Source of the DNA: the human T2T-CHM13v2.0 reference genome, Homo sapiens
Strand: one strand, 5' to 3'
Assembly: GCF_009914755.1 (NCBI RefSeq)
Contig: NC_060932.1
DNA: 64,000 nucleotides
The position numbers and the translations under genes are program-made. Every line of letters starts with the position of its first letter. Position 1 is the first letter of the stretch. This document shows, piece after piece, positions 29,370 to 45,071 of this stretch. Below the pieces are notes generated by a model. It saw nothing but the letters and a program-made list of their open reading frames with translations, was not told the DNA's origin and did no database searches.

Positions 29370-29510
29370 ATGGCAGTTGTTGTCAGGTACAATGTGCATT
29401 ATTTCAGTGATGGATGCCCTGAAAGATGTCACTTCTCCACTCTGCAATGTGTCAATGTAGCAAAATTGCACTTGAACCCCATGAATATATGTAATTTAAA
29501 AAAATTAAAA
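29370..29510 (+). mobile_element. L1PB/L1MA 3' terminus
   Basis: 'ggtacaatgtgcattatttcagtgatgg...caaaattgcacttgaaccccatgaat' plus A tail. Confidence 0.75.
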
Positions 29511-30899
29511 TGCATTACCACATTTATTCCATTATTATAATTGATATTTTTAGTTTTAGCTTATGCTGTTTTACTTTTTAAAATGTATTAATGTTTCTGG
29601 GGACAATTAAAATAATGTAAATTATCTATGCTATGAAATAGATTACCTAATAGTTAGCAAATCACTTATCTTGTAGCAAAGTATTATTAAAATGAGAAAA
29701 TGTGAACTTTCTGCTTTGCTGTGAAAAGTTTATATCAATAAATTATTCATAATCATGATTGCATTTTGACAAACACTTTATAGCTCCTATGTGACAGATC
29801 TTTAAATCAATCTTGTTAACTCATCCTGAAATAAAGGTCACTGAGATCATAATCCTTCAATCTAGGCAAATAATATAGGCAAAGTATGTATAATATGACA
29901 GTAGCTTCAGAAATAAAACAAAGGTTTATGTAAAACATCCAACTAGGATTTTATTGATTCTGATGTTCTCATTTGGCAGTAAATATCCCAATCCACAAAA
30001 TAATTTACTTTTTTATTCATGGAAATGCACCTATTGCCCGAATTTTATTAATAAAAGGCAGCAAAGTTTTGTATAAATATTAATGACTATCCATAGACTA
30101 ATAAACAGAAAGGATCCAAAGTCATCATCTACTTCAACAATAAAAACAAAAAATAAAGTGTCACTTTGATTAATGTTCATATGTATTCTTAAAATGAGAG
30201 ATCATATAAACTAATTACTGCTATTTAATATTATAAATTATTTATAATTTATTTATATCTTTGACATGAAATACATTTACTTCTACTCTTGACACTTATT
30301 TTGTTAACCTAAATGATATTTCCTGACACACAATAGCATTCAGACAATTTAGTTTTGTGCATTATCTTGATATAATTTAATGTGTAACATAAGACCTCTG
30401 CTTTTTCTCAAATGTTTTCTTTATATCTAATAAAATTTTTCTGAAAAATGTATGTGGTAATGTGTATATAAGTTAGATTAGGATATATATATATGGAAAT
30501 TATTTATAAATGAAAATAAGAAAAATTATAATTGAGTCTAAAAAAAAGAAGCAAGTTATATAAAATTAAAGTGGAAATATATTTTTGTAACAAAAATGAG
30601 TATAGAGTTCAACCATAATGTGTGGTTTCTAAACAAAGCATCCTTACATTACAAGTCACTAATCATAGCAGTGTTTTCACAGCATGATATGAAAAATACG
30701 AAGATTTTAAGATACTTCAAATCATAGGTTTTCCTTTTTGTCTCTTGTGTCCTCAACATTGATGTTTATTGATTTCCTTTTATCACTATTACAGATATGT
30801 TACTCCTTTCTTAAAAAAAGGTATAATACAGCAAAAAGAAAATGTCCAAGGAATTCTTTAGTATATGTCAACTTCCACTGCTACCTTGTCTTTTTCTTT

Positions 30900-31250
30900 T
30901 GTTTTAAAGTCATCAATACTTTTCCACACTTTCCCATTATTCCTCACTCTTGTGAATATGATTCTTCTGCTTTCACCAAATTCTGCAATAATCTGCCTGT
31001 TGTTAAGCAATAAACACAGAATTTAATTCTTATATCCCTGACCTCTTATTGCTGTTTGATCAAATTCTTCTTCCACGACAGAATGTTTTTATTTTCTTTC
31101 TGTGCCTCTAGCTTACCTCTATGTTTTTCTTGGACTCATTTTCTGTGCCCATTTGAAAAATATTGCTATTCATCAAAACTCCATCCTAGGCTTTCTTCCC
31201 CATTCAGTCCATATATGTTCATTCTCATACAAATCTCTCTCAAGAAATTC
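30900..31250 (+). mobile_element. L2 fragment
   Basis: 'ctgctttcaccaaa...cctgacctctt...gtttgat'. Confidence 0.5.
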
Positions 31251-31264
31251 CTTGTTACAACCGT

Positions 31265-31526
31265 TGTACTTGAAGAAGCCCAAGCAAAATGGTTATCATC
31301 GATGGCTGAGCTCACAGCCTTCAGCTAACATCAATTATCAGCTATGTAGGTGAATCATCTGGACAGCTAGCCCTTTTAAGCCTTCAAATGAGTGTGTCTC
31401 TAGCTGACATCTAATTACAACCTCATGAAAATCCAAAGAAAAAACTACACAACTGAGCTCAATTAACCTCCAGAGCCCACTACATTTGAGAACTTGTTTA
31501 TTACATAATGATGTATAACCAAAACA
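31265..31526 (+). mobile_element. MLT1 (G/H-like) LTR 3' part
   Basis: 'aagccttcaaatgag...agctgacatct...caacctcatga...ataaccaaaaca'. Confidence 0.7.
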
Positions 31527-31771
31527 ATCACTAAGAAAATACATCAGGATGGTCCCATACCAATACCAGCTATAGATTTTATTATTTATTAGGTAATTAT
31601 GAAGGTTGATAGATTGGTAGTATTGAAGTTGTTTGTTGAAAATTATTTATATAAACTAGTTTTTAATGGAAAATTCCCAAATGATTGGTTAGTGCATAAT
31701 AAAATAATTCATTGTAATAAAAATGTGGATACTTCTTTCAAGCACTTAACTATGTGGCAGACAGACTTTTT

Positions 31772-32030
31772 AATTAAATACTGCATGTTCTTACTTGCAA
31801 GTGGGAGCTAAACGATGGGTACACATAGTCACACAGAGGGAATTAATAGACACTGGTGACTCCCAAAGGGAGAAGGGCGAGAGGAAGTAGAGGTTGGAAA
31901 AATTATTTATAGGCACAATGTTCACTATTTGGGTGATGGATACACCAAAAACCCAAACTCCACCACAGTGCAATATATCCATGTGAACAAACCTAAAAAT
32001 TTACTACCTGAATCTATAAAAAAATAATAA
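31772..32030 (+). mobile_element. L1PB 3'UTR fragment
   Basis: 'aaatactgcatgttcttacttgcaagtgggagctaaac...caatatatccatgt'. Confidence 0.88.
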
Positions 32031-33169
32031 TTTTATATTTTTGTTACGAGAACTTCTAAACCTGTCTACTGCTGTTACTAAGTGGATAATTTTTCATAAT
32101 CTTTTTCATTTATTTCTCAACTTCCTTTAACTATGACCATGGCTATGATTTAGCTACTTCTTAGTTGTCTAATGTATAGAAAGGAAATTTTTGAGTAATA
32201 GAAATTAATGTAAATCTAAAGATCTGAGGTATTATTTTAATTTTGAGCAAATAAATCTATCTTCTGTATTAGTATAGCTGGAAAATCATTAATTGACAAT
32301 AAAAAGCATAACATATGGCATTCTTGTATCTCTTTGCAACCTTATTTATTGAAATAACATTGGTTAAGAAGTTTAGCCAGCTCTACTAGAAACCTCCAGC
32401 TGTTAATTTTCTTTTTTATCTTTAAAATTGTCTGTGTATGGTTAAAAAAGTCAATTCTACATTGTCTTTTTTTAGGAGGGTAAATTGAGCAGCAAACCAC
32501 AAAAGAATGTATTTGACAGATTTACTCTTTCTGCTCTTTTTAATCTCATTTCCCCAATCACTTTATGAACTGGCATCTTGTCTCATGTAGAATGTGAGTA
32601 ATAATTATGGAAGCCTGCTCTTAAGGTACGTTTTAAATTGAATGGCAGCTCAGCCCTCCCCTTAGCTTTTATTGTGTTATATTCTATGGAAAGGTATTGC
32701 TGGGAACACCGGGCCTGAAAGATATTGATGTTGAAATTACATGAGCCCAGCTTCTGAGCAAAGGAGGTAATTTTATTTTATCACATTTTAAGTGGATTTT
32801 CTCAGTCAGGGAATCAAAGTGAAAGTAGTACATAATTTGTGTCAAAATTGTATTTATTATCCAACCATTTTCCCCAAGATATTGATTGCATTCCTTATCC
32901 TAGAGTTATTATAAAAAATAAAAAGTAATTTGCAGGATGATCTCTTTAGGATTATGTAAATCTGTGTGTGCACACACACATGCATAAAAATACAATTTCT
33001 TAAGTAATGTGATCTCTTTTTAACATACTTGATGTCAGCAAAAAGTTAGATATATAATAAGTGATTAGAAGTAAAAATGGCTTATTCATACACCTTATTG
33101 TGGTGAATCCATCTTTAGTTAATATGTTTGAAAAAGTAACATGCAATCACTAATTAAAAAGTAGTTACT

Positions 33170-33818
<649 letters not shown>

Positions 33819-34039
33819 GAAATTGTTGCTTACTGCCCAAAAATTTCCTTTAATTTATATTATATAAATTATATAATTATATATATTATATAAGTAAAAT
33901 AACTTATAGAGAAAAGCTATTTTTAATTTTCTATTGCTCAGGTGTTGTCATCTGATCACTATATAGCACTGTTTTAATTTTATAAACTTTTAATAAATCC
34001 TGATTATGCAATGTTTCTCATGAAATTCCTTTATTCCTC

Positions 34040-34160
34040 TGCCATTTCACAAACATTATAAATTGATTGCTACATGCCAGGCAATGTGGGAGGCTAACCC
34101 AGGGCTGTGTCAAATAACGCATAGCCCATTTTATGGGGGCTTACAATATTGACTGAGAAT
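34040..34160 (-). mobile_element. L2 3' end
   Basis: 'ctacatgccaggcaatgtg...gggcttacaat'. Confidence 0.55.
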
Positions 34161-34419
34161 GTCTAAAACACACATGCATATCAAATGTCAGTGAAAGAAG
34201 AGAGGATGATGTTGTTTCAGATAATAGAGTCAATTTTCACATATGAGATAAACATATGGTGCAAATAATTTTAAAAAATTAAATGGTTGTGGGAAGAAAT
34301 GGTTTAAATATATGCCTATAATCTATTTCCTTCTTTTACCAAGGATAACTAAAATAGAAAGTGGATATTATATGACCAAATACCTTTGTAAACATTGGTA
34401 TTTGATAAAGTTCTAGGCA

Positions 34420-35620
34420 AATTTCTATTAAGATTTATAATTTAGAGACTAGATTCCTATCAGATACATAACTTATGAATATTTTGTCTCTGGTAGTTTG
34501 TCTTATCACTCTGTTGATGGTATTTTTTAATGCACAAACATGTTAAATTTTAAAAATGTCGAACTTGTATACTTTGTTTTTGTTGATTGTGCTTTGTGTG
34601 TCATATCTAAGAAATAATTGCCAAATCTAAAGTCCTGAAGATGTATCCGTATGTTTTATTCTATCAGTTTTATACTTTTAGCTTTGATATTTAGGCTTTT
34701 GATTGATTTTGAATTGTTCTATATTTGGTGTGAGGTAAAAGTCTAACTTAATTTTTTTCATGAAGATATCAAATTTTTCCATCACCATTTGTTAAAGAGA
34801 CTATTGTTTCCCCCCGACAAGGCAATGGTGTTGGTGTGTTGGTACCATTGCCAAAAACCAACTGATTACATATCGATATCACATATCTATGGGTTTACTT
34901 ACAGACTATTAATTAATTCTATTTATCTATTTATGTCTATACTTATACCAATATCAAACTCTTTTGACTACCGAAGCTTCTATATTGATTGAGACGTGTC
35001 TCAGATACTTTTGGTTTACAGAGTTTTCTCTGAGCATATTTCCAACCGTGGGCATGTGCATGACCTTATAGATTTTCTAGAATTTGTGGAAATTCTTTTT
35101 TATGGGAAATTCTTTTTCACTTATGTATTTCCTTCCTTAGCTTCTTCCTTCCCGGGCCTCCAGTCTGTCTGCTGCTTGTCTCAGGGTGGTGGGGCCAGTA
35201 TTTTTGCCTTTGGATGTTTTCAAGAAACTTCACCCAAAAGGCTGCCTCAGCCCTGATAAAGTTTAAAGATAGGTGATGAAACCATGCCAAGCCTCTGTAC
35301 TGGTCTTCTATGGAGCAGAAAGGTCATAACACATAACCACAAAATGTTAAGAACAAGGTTCATATTTACCTCTCTGGCACCACCAAGCTGCACGAGGAAT
35401 GTGGATCCCTTTCCCCAAGGTCACCCCTGGGCTTTGGAGTGGATGATAATAGGTGGGAAAGTGTTGCCATGCTCTCTCACCAAACTTTAGCAGCTTCTTT
35501 TTTCACTGAGAATTTCCTTGGTTGTTGCAAATCTCTCTTTATTTTTCAGATTCCAGAATTCTGAAAAAGTTGTTTGACAGTTTTTGTCAACTTAAATCAT
35601 TGGTTTTATAGGTAGATGAA
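34420..35620 (-). mobile_element. Old L1M: ORF2 remnant (34420-34990) joined to 5'-region remnant (35000-35620)
   Basis: 'gtgtcatatctaagaaataattgccaaatc', 'caccatttgttaaagagacta', 'ttccagaattctgaaaaagttg'. Confidence 0.7.
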
Positions 35621-36489
35621 ATATTTCAATTTGTTGCTTTATTATTGATCTAGATTTAATTATTCAAAAAATATATATTGAAAATGCCTAGAATGGGCTT
35701 CTGTCTGTGTGGGTGTATGTGAGTGTGTGTGTGTATATTCTTATAATTATTTTTAAAAGGACTTATTAAAAAGTCTGAAATTAAATTAAATTACAGTAAA
35801 GACTTCATGCATGTCAATATTTACTGAACAAATATTGTCATAGCATTATATTTTTTAAAGTTAAATTAAGACTAGAAAGAGCCTCCAACAGATCAAATAC
35901 TAGGAAGTACTTCTTTGGGTTTTAAAATATCTCCACTTATTTAAATAATCTAAAAATTCTGAAGTGTTCCTTAGTCCAAAAATGATAATTTCCCTGGCCT
36001 CAATTTTTTTTCTTCTCTAAAAATCTGTGAAGCCCTAAAGTTTCTGAGGCAACTATTATTGATCCTTGCTGCTACATTGCACAGAGGAGGATCATGGGGC
36101 ATGGAAATCTTACTATAAAGAGTGGGAATTTGAACTATCTTCAAGGTTAATGTTCACAACTACCATTATCTTCTGAAGCAGAACGATTTCATGGGAAATT
36201 CCCATGAACACTTAGTTTTGCTAAGTTTAGTTAGTGTGCTTCATACTGTGTTATCCAAACTAAAGCCCTACCTTTTTCAGCATTTTCAGACTCCTCAGTT
36301 AGACTGCTCTGATAAGATTACTCAAGACCACAATGTCCACCAACCTGTACCCCAGCATAAAAATCAGTCTAGAGTTCCAATGGTTCCAATGATGGAGCTA
36401 GATTATTTTTTTTCTTCTTTTAAAATAAGAAATATTAGACCTTGAATATCTCTAAAGAGAACTAATTTTTAACAACAAAGCCAGAGTAC

Positions 36490-37116
36490 TGTAAACCAAA
36501 AATAAAACTCTATGCCTTTCAACTCACTGATGGACCCTCCCCTTGGCCAAGGGCATTCCAAAATTAAACTTAAAAATTAGTTTAGGTTATAATGGGAAGT
36601 GGGGGTTGGACATGCCTCCTTATGCCCTCCTTCCTTGGAATTCAAGCACAGCTGAACAGCATTAACATTAAAACTGAGGCCTTAAGATTAATAGCACATA
36701 CTCTTTAAATTGATAAGAAACATTCCCTTCTATTGATTCTATCTGCATAATGGGAAACTTGGTCTCCACAAGCCCTTATATTAACTTAGACATTCCCTTC
36801 TGTTGTCTTTTGACAATAAAGTAACTCTCTCAACCAATTGCCAATTAGAAAACTTTTGAATTCACCCTATTATCTGGAAGACCCCCTGCCCTCTTTCGAG
36901 TTGTCCTGCTTTTCCAGCTGAACCAATATGCATCTTAAGTGTATTGATGGATGTCTTTTGTCTCCTGAAAATGTACGTAATCAAGCTGTAGTCTGACCAA
37001 CTTAGGCACATGTTCTCAGGATCTCCTGGGGCCATGTCACAGGCCATTGGTGAGTCATATTTGGCTTAGGATAAATCTCTTAAATATTTTACAGAGTTTG
37101 ACTCTTTTCTTCAACA
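36490..37116 (+). mobile_element. MER4-family ERV1 solo LTR
   Basis: TG...CA termini 'tgtaaaccaaaaataaaa'...'acagagtttgactcttttcttcaaca'; 4-bp TSD GTAC / GTAT. Confidence 0.92.
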
Positions 37117-37559
37117 GTATATTTGCCATATTTATGTTTTGTTTTGTTTTGAATGCAAGTGGGTTGGAAATGGAGGCCTAAGTTTCCTCTGTGTCCTATT
37201 GATGAGGAACTAAGCCAAACAAACAAAATAAATTTGTTTTGTCTCTTTGTAAATCATGAATTAAAAGACAATACCAGTAGTAACATCTTAGGAATTACAA
37301 ACTTAACATACCTCTGTATATGTGGTAGATACTGAGGTATCAAATTTCTCTGCAAATTTCTAGAGATTGAAACTTCCATATGTTGAAATGTTTTAGGTCA
37401 ACAACAAAATATGTTACATTAGCTTATGTTATTCTAAACTAAATTTTATCATTGCACATTCCTGCATTGTGTAACTAAAAAAACCCCTTATATCCATGCA
37501 TTTCAACATCACTCCCAAAAGAAAGAACATAATATTGATTATGTGATTAAAAATATTTA

Positions 37560-37876
<317 letters not shown>

Positions 37877-37985
37877 TCATTCATAGAGAGGTAATTATGA
37901 AATAACTGCTGACACTTTCAGGTCTGGAAAATTTCTGCCTCTGGTGACCCACATGAAAAAAAGAGAACAATAAAAGATCTGAGAT

Positions 37986-38363
<378 letters not shown>

Positions 38364-38514
38364 TTATGAGGACTCCAAAAACATTCATCTCTCTTCCAGG
38401 AAGAATAAAATGTCCCTGTTGAACATCAGAGTTGGAAGATGGAGCTTGGGATAAAGCTCTCTGAATTTTTATATTGACTTAGGCCCTCTCGTTTTAGACC
38501 TTTTCACAGTTTAC

Positions 38515-38610
38515 CCTTCCTAGCACAGTGTAAACAATTGGGTGGATGGATGAATGAATGAATATAACAACAGTTTGGTGGATGGATTAATGAATGAAAA
38601 GGTGAATGAA
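38515..38610 (+). mobile_element. L2 3' tail with (TGAA/TGGA)n
   Basis: 'cctagcacagtg...ggatggatgaatgaatgaat'. Confidence 0.6.
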
Positions 38611-40449
38611 GATGAAGACTAGTTTATTTTAAAGCTATAAAATATGAAATTAAAACTTTAAATACAAAAGAAGATAAGAACAAGAAACCTCATTAATTAG
38701 CTCACTAATGACATATTTGATGCACCTATGGTTTTGACATTCTACTAGGTAGGACCTATTAGAATATAAATGTGATAGACTCTGTGACCTGTGGTCTTAG
38801 AGAGCTAGTCAAAGGCTGTTATTCTTGCAGGAATTGCCATTAAGCCATTGCAGTTCATTACTACAAACAATGATCAGCTGAGACAAACCAGGAACGTGTG
38901 GCATCTATCATGATTTTTCTCTAGTTGAATGAGAAAAACAATTCAGAAAGTAGAAATTTAATAGAAATTGATAAGTAAAATATATAGAAACATGAATGCA
39001 GTTAGATAAGAATTAGACAATTTTATTCTCTATATAATTTTCCTTTTTGAAAAAGTATAATTCTAGTATATTTAATTTTTAGAGAATCAACTGAATCTTA
39101 GAAAAATAAATACAAAAAAGGGATAAATCAAAGTACTTATGGGAAAATGAGGAGTTTCTAAGGAGTTGTGTAAAATTAGGTTTATATGGCATTTATAAAA
39201 TAATTTTTGTTTTTGTAGTTTTTTCTCTTTTTCACCAAAGTAAAAACAATAAATACAGAGCACAAATTTTGAACAAAGCACACACATGTTTTAAAAAATC
39301 GTATCCATCAATTTTCAAAGTATTTAAATATGCTTTGCTTAAATATGTCATTTCTTTCTTTTATAGCTAAATAATACTTTTTTGGGTCTTATAATTTGAA
39401 ATAAGATAATCCCTGGAATCCAGGGTTACATTTTGTATATAAGATACATTATAAAGTAGCTGTATTTTAGGTAATTTACTATCCAGAATCATTTTATAAT
39501 CAATAATACATCACAGAATTATGGGAACATTCAATGACCATGTTTTCTTGGAATTTAATTTTGAGCACAGTATGAGAATGAAATTGGGAACAATGTTTTA
39601 AAGATAACAGTGAATCTTAACTTGGTATCTTTATCAAAACCTGATTAAGTATACCTTGATGAGAATGTAAAGAAAATCATTTTAGGGTCTATGTTTTGGC
39701 CAGGCACTATGTATTTGTAACAAATTGAATATTTACATTTTTAAATTTGTATTTAAGCATAAATTCAAGAAGTTAACAGCTAAGTGGATGGTTTTCATTA
39801 AATAAAGTAGATTTCTAATAGTCACAATATATTCAATTTAAAAAATATGTGATAATTTTCTTATCAATTCAGTATTAATATATGGTACATATAGGTAGGT
39901 GCTACCCAAAGGGCATTAGACTTATATAACATGAACATTCAGATTTTTGTAACTATTTGTGTTTTCTGCAGTAAGGTGTAGAATTACCTGAAGCCACCGT
40001 TACACCATTTGTAATGTTTGACCTCCCATAAAATGTCTTTTTGCTATAAAATACTTTCTTACAATTTTATGAAATTTTTAGAAAAAATATATGTCTATGT
40101 GCATGGACTTGTGTGTGTATGTGCACTGAAAAGAGCTTACAGTCAGCACATTGACAGAAAAACAAAATGTGCTACAAGCAGGGCAACACTCTTCTTCAAA
40201 TATGTGAATTTCAAACACAACCACATAAACCTCTAGCACTATTGCTTATTGTACTCAGTGGAATAGACTCATATGATTAACATCAATTATGAACTCAGGA
40301 CCAGTTGATACAATGAATACTGTAGATTACTATACTAACCCTCCATTGTAAGTTTTATTTTAGAAATTGTAGACCCAATGCAGGCCTTGAGAGAATCTTA
40401 GCAATGCAAAAAGTGGCACATAGCAGATTTCATTTATGCCCACGCTTGT

Positions 40450-41583
40450 TGCTTTTTTCCACATTAATGTACTTGCAACTTTGGTAAACTGTTCCCAGTT
40501 TGTTGACATTTCCAACCTGTGCACCCAATTTCTCTCTTCTCTGATTGAGAGTCTTCTCCAGGACCAAGTGAGTTGACTAACTCCACACAGGCATAACCTG
40601 TACTCCGGAGGCAATCCTTAACTAATGTGCAATGGGAATCAGTAGATAAATGTCTTGCTTTTCCTACTTTCCTCAGTGGGATAATTTTGAGGAATGCTTC
40701 CTACGGGTTTTAAGAGCCCCACCCCTCTACTACATTGAACTGAGTTCCACTTGCCTACAAGGGTAATGTAGTCACAAATGCACACTGTATTGGCTTTTCT
40801 CCTTCTACTTCCCATTAGTTTTCTATTACTACAGAAAAAAATTACCAAAAGTTTAGAGTCTTAAAACAACATGCATTTGTTATATGTTTCCATATCACAG
40901 TTTTTTAAGATAAAAATTGGGGCACAATTTAACTGGGTTTTCTTTTCAGTGTCTCAGATGCCTGTAATCAAGATGTCAGCTGGAATCCGTTCTCTCTGGA
41001 GTTCAAGGTTCTATTTCACACTTACGTGGTTGTTGGCAGAATTCATTTCGTTGTGGTTTTAAGACTGAGATTTTATCATGGTTTTCATGCTGGCTACCAG
41101 CCAGGGATGATCACGACTCCTAGAAGCTTCCTGAAGCTCCTTGCCACATGTCCCTCTCCATGGGCACTCTGCCAATATGGCAGCTCACTTCTTCAAAACC
41201 AAGAAAGGAGAAAGTCTTTTGCTTGAGTCTGCTAGCATGATGAAGCCTTTAAAAACATAACATAATCCCCAGAGGGATATCCCATCACCATTACCATATA
41301 ACATAATTATGGTGTAACATCTCACTGCCTTTGCCATATTCTGTTGGTCAGAAGCAAGTTGAAAGTACCGTTCACACATGCAAGGAAAGTGATCACATAA
41401 AATGTAACTGTAAGGTGTGGAGATCAGAGATTAAGGGGCCCTCAAATATCTCTACTTATTTTTCTTTGTCTCATTTTCCGCACATCTTTTTCTTTCATGT
41501 TTTTTGGGAATATCTCCCAATAATCTAACTATATATAAATCTTTGTGTCAAAGTCTGCTTTTCATGGAGTTCAAATTAAGACA
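40450..41583 (+). mobile_element. LTR16-like ERVL LTR split by MLT1
   Basis: 'tgggataattttgagg...tattggcttttctcctt' before the insertion; 'atctcccaataa...gtctgctttt...aaattaagaca' after. Confidence 0.7.
40811..41455 (-). mobile_element. MLT1C/D-like LTR nested in LTR16
   Basis: 'attagttttctattact...aaaacaaca', 'ggcagaattcatttc', 'tgccatattctgttggtcagaagcaagt'. Confidence 0.8.
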
Positions 41584-42697
41584 ATATATTTAATTTACTT
41601 TATAGTAACTTCATGCTACTCTCATTTGTTATTTTTTCCAAGCAAATTTCTAAATAGGTGCTAATTTATTTGTTCAATCATTTTATTAATTTGACAACTG
41701 TTTGTTTTAGGCCTATTTTATTCTAGACCTGTTTTAGGCTCTGATGCTTCATCAGTGGATAAGAAAAAGTTGCTGCCGCTAGATTTAATATGTTTACCCT
41801 TTAAACACTACAATCTATTGCAATCTGCTTTTTGACCCAATCACCCCTATAACTTTTCTAGTCCCATTACATTTGACAAATAAAATGGTCACATAAAAAC
41901 TCATCATCCTGTAAGATATAATGGTATTTGAAATTATTGCTGAGTTTTGTTTTCTTCAATTATTTTAGTGTCTGCTTTTCTCCTGATGCTTTTCTACTAC
42001 ATAGACAAAATGTTCCATGTTTTTAATTTGTTTTTTAAATTATATCAATATATTTTGATAGTAAAAGCTATGCATATTCTTGTACAAATAAATTAGAAAT
42101 AAATTTAAGCATGCAAAAGAAAGTTGATAGTCCCACCACCTATACAGAACTTGAAACCAAGCTGTCCATATTGTTTTAATTTTTTCCTTTTAAAAATATA
42201 TTGAAAATATTTTGCTGCCAGTAAAACTTGTTATGCATGTCCTGTATTACTGAATAATATTTCCTTATGAATATACTGTAAGTACTCTCTTAACATTGGT
42301 CATTTATGTTTTCTAAAGTTTATTATATGGTTATAATGAATGGTGCCATTGTATACAAAGATTTATAAGCATCTAATTTCTATTATGATATTTATTTAAA
42401 TTATTGGTGACATCAATTTGCTTTGCACATCTGTGGTATTCACTTGTTTTTCTTCTTTATGAGGTATTTTTATACATAAATTTCATTTCTAAATGTCAGT
42501 CTTTTTGTTATTTCCATTATTGATTACTAAATTCTATTAATTATTATTGTGTACATTTTAACCAGATCCATGCTTTAAGTTGTGATTTTGATATAGGAAG
42601 CTTTTTGACTCCTTTATACATAAAAATAAATAATATTTTATTTTATAAATAATTATTTTGTTTGTGTTAAGAAGGCCCCTAAAATAGTCACCTATAC

Positions 42698-42796
42698 TAG
42701 CAGTCCCCATTACATTTATTGTGCACTTTATTTCTATTATTATTACATTGTAGTATATAATGAAATAATTATACAACCCACCATAATGTAGAATCA
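42698..42796. mobile_element. MER1A (hAT-Charlie) remnant: one TIR, internal deletion, truncated
   Basis: 'tagcagtcccca' (TIR) fused to 'ttacatttattgtgcactttatttctattattattacattg...caccataatgtagaatca'. Confidence 0.82.
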
Positions 42797-43169
42797 TGGA
42801 GAAATAACATTTTGCTGAGACATAAGCAATAAATATGAATTTACAAATTCGGCAATGAAATGAAGACTCTGTGGTAGAATGAATAACATAAAGGCAATAA
42901 GGCAAAAAAAAAAAAAAAAAAGAAACCCAAAACAAAATAAGAAAAACAACAAAAATACACCGTTTTGGAAACTATCAGCAGTTTATAAATGTTGAAGTAT
43001 AACTAAGGGTCTAAACTGTGAAGGTTCTGTAACATCATGCAGACTTTTTGTTTTTTTGCCTTCTGGCGTTTATGTTATTCATTCTACCAGAAAAAGTCTT
43101 CATTTCATTACTTACTTAGTAAATTCATATTTATTGTTTATGTCTCAGCAAAACATTATTTCTCCATGA
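42794..43169. repeat. Inverted repeat, arms 42794-42916 and 43045-43169
   Basis: Hand alignment gives about 15 differences over about 120 bp. Confidence 0.95.
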
Positions 43170-43388
43170 GCAATTTCCTGACTCCTCTAGGCAAACTCGG
43201 TCATATTTTCTCTTATGCTTCCATGGCAGTTTTTAGAAACATCCATTAAACAATTATTTTATGTATTTGATATTTTAAAATTTTCTTTTCTTAGGAAGGC
43301 AAACTTTATGAGAAGAAGAATAATAAATTTGTATCTTTAAATCTGTAACTTCTACCATAGCACCTGGTCGTAGGAGGCACTCTACATA
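43055..43388 (+). mobile_element. L2 3' region
   Basis: 'tctcagcaaaacattatttctccatgagcaatttcctgact...atagcacctggtcgtaggaggcactc'. Confidence 0.65.
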
Positions 43389-43391
43389 CAC

Positions 43392-43680
43392 TTTTTTTTT
43401 GAGATGAAGTCTTGCTCTGTCACCCAGGCCAGAGTTCAGTGGCGTGATCTTGGCTCACTGCAACCTCCGCCTCCTGGGTTCAAACAATTCTCCTGCCTCA
43501 GCCTCCTGAGAAGCTGAGACTACAGGCACATGCCACCACACCCAGCTAATTTTTGTATTTTTAGTAGAGATGGGGTTTCACCATGTTGGTCAGGCTGGTC
43601 TCGAACTCCTGACCTTGTGATCCACCCGCCTTGAACTCCCAAAGTGCTGGGATTACAGGTGCAAATCACCATGCCCAGCC
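43392..43680 (-). mobile_element. AluSg
   Basis: 'caggctggtctcgaactcctgaccttgtgatcc'; TSD tacatacactttt / tgcatatactttt. Confidence 0.93.
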
Positions 43681-43959
43681 TGCATATACTTTTTAGAAGA
43701 AATAGACTGTACATACCTAAAGAAACCATATTATTCCTAAGTAATGGATATAATGAAAAGAGCAAAGATTCTATTATTCTAAATTAGGAGTCCTCTGGTT
43801 TCATATTCAGCTTTACTGACACCAGAGGTCCAAATAATTCTGCTTAGTTGCAAACCATGGTAACTGTAATTTTTTCCAAGATCTAACCATAGTGGATTGT
43901 TTAATGACTGTTTAATACATTTTCAACTAATTTGTTCCATCATCAGCTATTAAAATTGA

Positions 43960-44476
43960 AAGACTTTCTAAAACGAAAATATATGCCCAAACAGAAACAT
44001 GTAAATACATATTTATGGCAGCAATATTAACCATAGCCAGAAGTTGGAAACAGTCCAAATGATTATCAACAAATAAATGGATAAACAAATTGTGGTACAT
44101 ACACACAGTAGAATACTATATAGTATAAAAAGGAATTAAATGTTGCCACTTAACAGAACTTTGATAAACCTGGAAACATTATGATAAGTGAAAGAAGCCA
44201 GACACAAATATCATATATTGTGATTTCTTTTATATGGGTTATCTAGATTAGGGAGATACTTACAGACAGAAACAAGCTTCATGGTTACCCCTTTATACAG
44301 AGAAGGGAAGAATGAGGAGTAGTTAAAACATATGAGGTTCTCTTAAGGGATGATGAAAATTTTTGAAACTAAAGAGAGATGATAACTCGATGTTGCGAAT
44401 ACATTAAAATCTATTTTAAAGCACACTTTAGAATAATTAATTCTATATTATTTAAATTTAATCTCAATTAAAAAAT
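43960..44476 (+). mobile_element. L1MB 3' fragment
   Basis: 'atggataaacaaattgtggtacat...aagtgaaagaagccagacacaaa...atctcaattaaaaaa'. Confidence 0.85.
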
Positions 44477-44692
44477 AGATTGCCTGGGGTCAGGTATAGG
44501 CACCTGCATTTTCTCTCTGTGTGACCTCAGACAAATTACAAATTATGCTTTATTTTTGTAAAGAATAAATATATTTTTTGAAGTTGCTTTAATACTTAAG
44601 AGCACATATATTGGCCTACATACAGTGAATAGAGAATTGTTAACCATCACTATAAAGCATTTTAATGAATGAATAAAAATTATAATAATTAG

Positions 44693-45071
<379 letters not shown>

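Noticed and set aside
43790-43832. Small hairpin gtcctctggtttca...tgacaccagaggtc
   Set aside because: 12/14 stem within MIR-like sequence; plausible by chance and too short for a pre-miRNA call.
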